Source: Eremomyces bilateralis CBS 781.70 (lineage: Eukaryota). From it: a stretch of 64,000 nt of DNA. The notes under the pieces are model-generated. The model ran no database searches. It was not told the DNA's origin and was given only the letters and a program-made list of their open reading frames with translations. The DNA lies in the NCBI GenBank assembly GCA_010015585.1, contig ML975162.1; one strand, given 5' to 3'. The translations under genes were made by a program, and so were the position numbers. Positions 63,172-64,000 of the stretch are shown here, in pieces. Numbering within the stretch: position 1 is the stretch's first letter; each line of letters opens with the position of its first letter.

Positions 63172-64000
63172 GGCGAAGGTGTCCGCTCGCTCGCGGGTCT
63201 TCTAGATATGTGGATTTCTTCAATCTTTTCCGTGAGCGTAGAAGACTGCGGTGGATGGGTCGTTTGTGCGGTGAAAGGTGAAAGGCGGCACTCTGCCAAG
63301 TAAAAGTGGTCGCTCGTGATGTGGTTCATTCGCGTCGCACGCCTGTTGGGCTGTCGGAGATCGTCTCAGATGCCTTTTAGGCGGAACCTGCCAGTACCAC
63401 GATGCCTAGTAGAGTCTAGACCTAGCTGAGAGACCTGCGAGGGTGCTCGTCATTCGAAAATTGTGGTGGCGGACACACGAAGGGAGTCGTGCCACTTGAC
63501 GGACAAGCTGACGGTCTGACACACCGAAGTCTCAGAGGTCGACGCAGAAACCAGTAAGCGGTAGATCCTCAGGAAGGTACAGGTAGATACAAGCACGACC
63601 TTGAAGTCTTTCGGTTGCACCTGAGGGAGGAGAGCAGCGCTGGTAGGAGCAATACTGGGCTATATCACGGTTCTGTTCACGAGAACGAATATGTCAGAGG
63701 TGAGGCCAGGATATTTCCCTGCATGGACGGTCCGGCAGAGGCTTATTAGGCACTGGATGTATTAATAACCTCTGAGGTGGGGGGGTTCCAGGTGACGTCG
63801 ATGGTCAATGCCACCGATTCCTTTGTGGTAACTGGAGAAAGGGAAGGTATTATCACCAGTGATGGCGGGAAGAAATAGAGAGAATTGAATCAGGCTTTCA
63901 CTGAAGATTAACCATTCAGAACTTTCAATCAGAAATCATTATCAGATCCATCGACACTGGAGTCAGGCTGAAGTTCTTCTGAGTTCTGATGTTAACTTAA

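Noticed and set aside
63400..64000. Possible degenerate coding or transposon remnant at the window end
   Set aside because: The frames are interrupted and show no identifiable transposase, RT or terminal repeat, so no call can be supported.

Overview
Eukaryotic DNA from a filamentous ascomycete (Pezizomycotina-type short GT-AG introns with CTRAC/CTAAC branch points). The window is mostly housekeeping genes. In order: partial GRC3/NOL9-like kinase, ATG22, MED14, TGS1, DUF4291 protein, cutinase, PNPOx-like flavin-binding protein, SPT10, a decayed hypothetical gene, PAF-acetylhydrolase, Rab4-like GTPase, ACS-family MFS permease, ACR3, RPB2, a ~3 kb RIP-like pseudogene, UTP11, Hmo1-like HMG protein, a zinc-ribbon protein, dynein light chain LC8 (7 short exons, absent from the ORF track), MRD1, a TEA/ATTS transcription factor and a C2/Munc13-homology protein. 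The most notable observations are: (1) the GRC3 homologue has lost its Walker A lysine and other kinase motifs; (2) an snR64/SNORD74-like box C/D snoRNA sits in the MRD1 intron; (3) the zinc-ribbon gene has a 9-nt microexon preceded by an intronic hairpin; (4) most genes show a sense-strand switch from C-rich to G-rich near the 3' end that runs through introns; (5) the Rab4-like GTPase has Thr in place of the catalytic Gln. I recognised no tRNA, rRNA, CRISPR array or intact transposon. All family assignments come from motif recognition by eye, not database searches.
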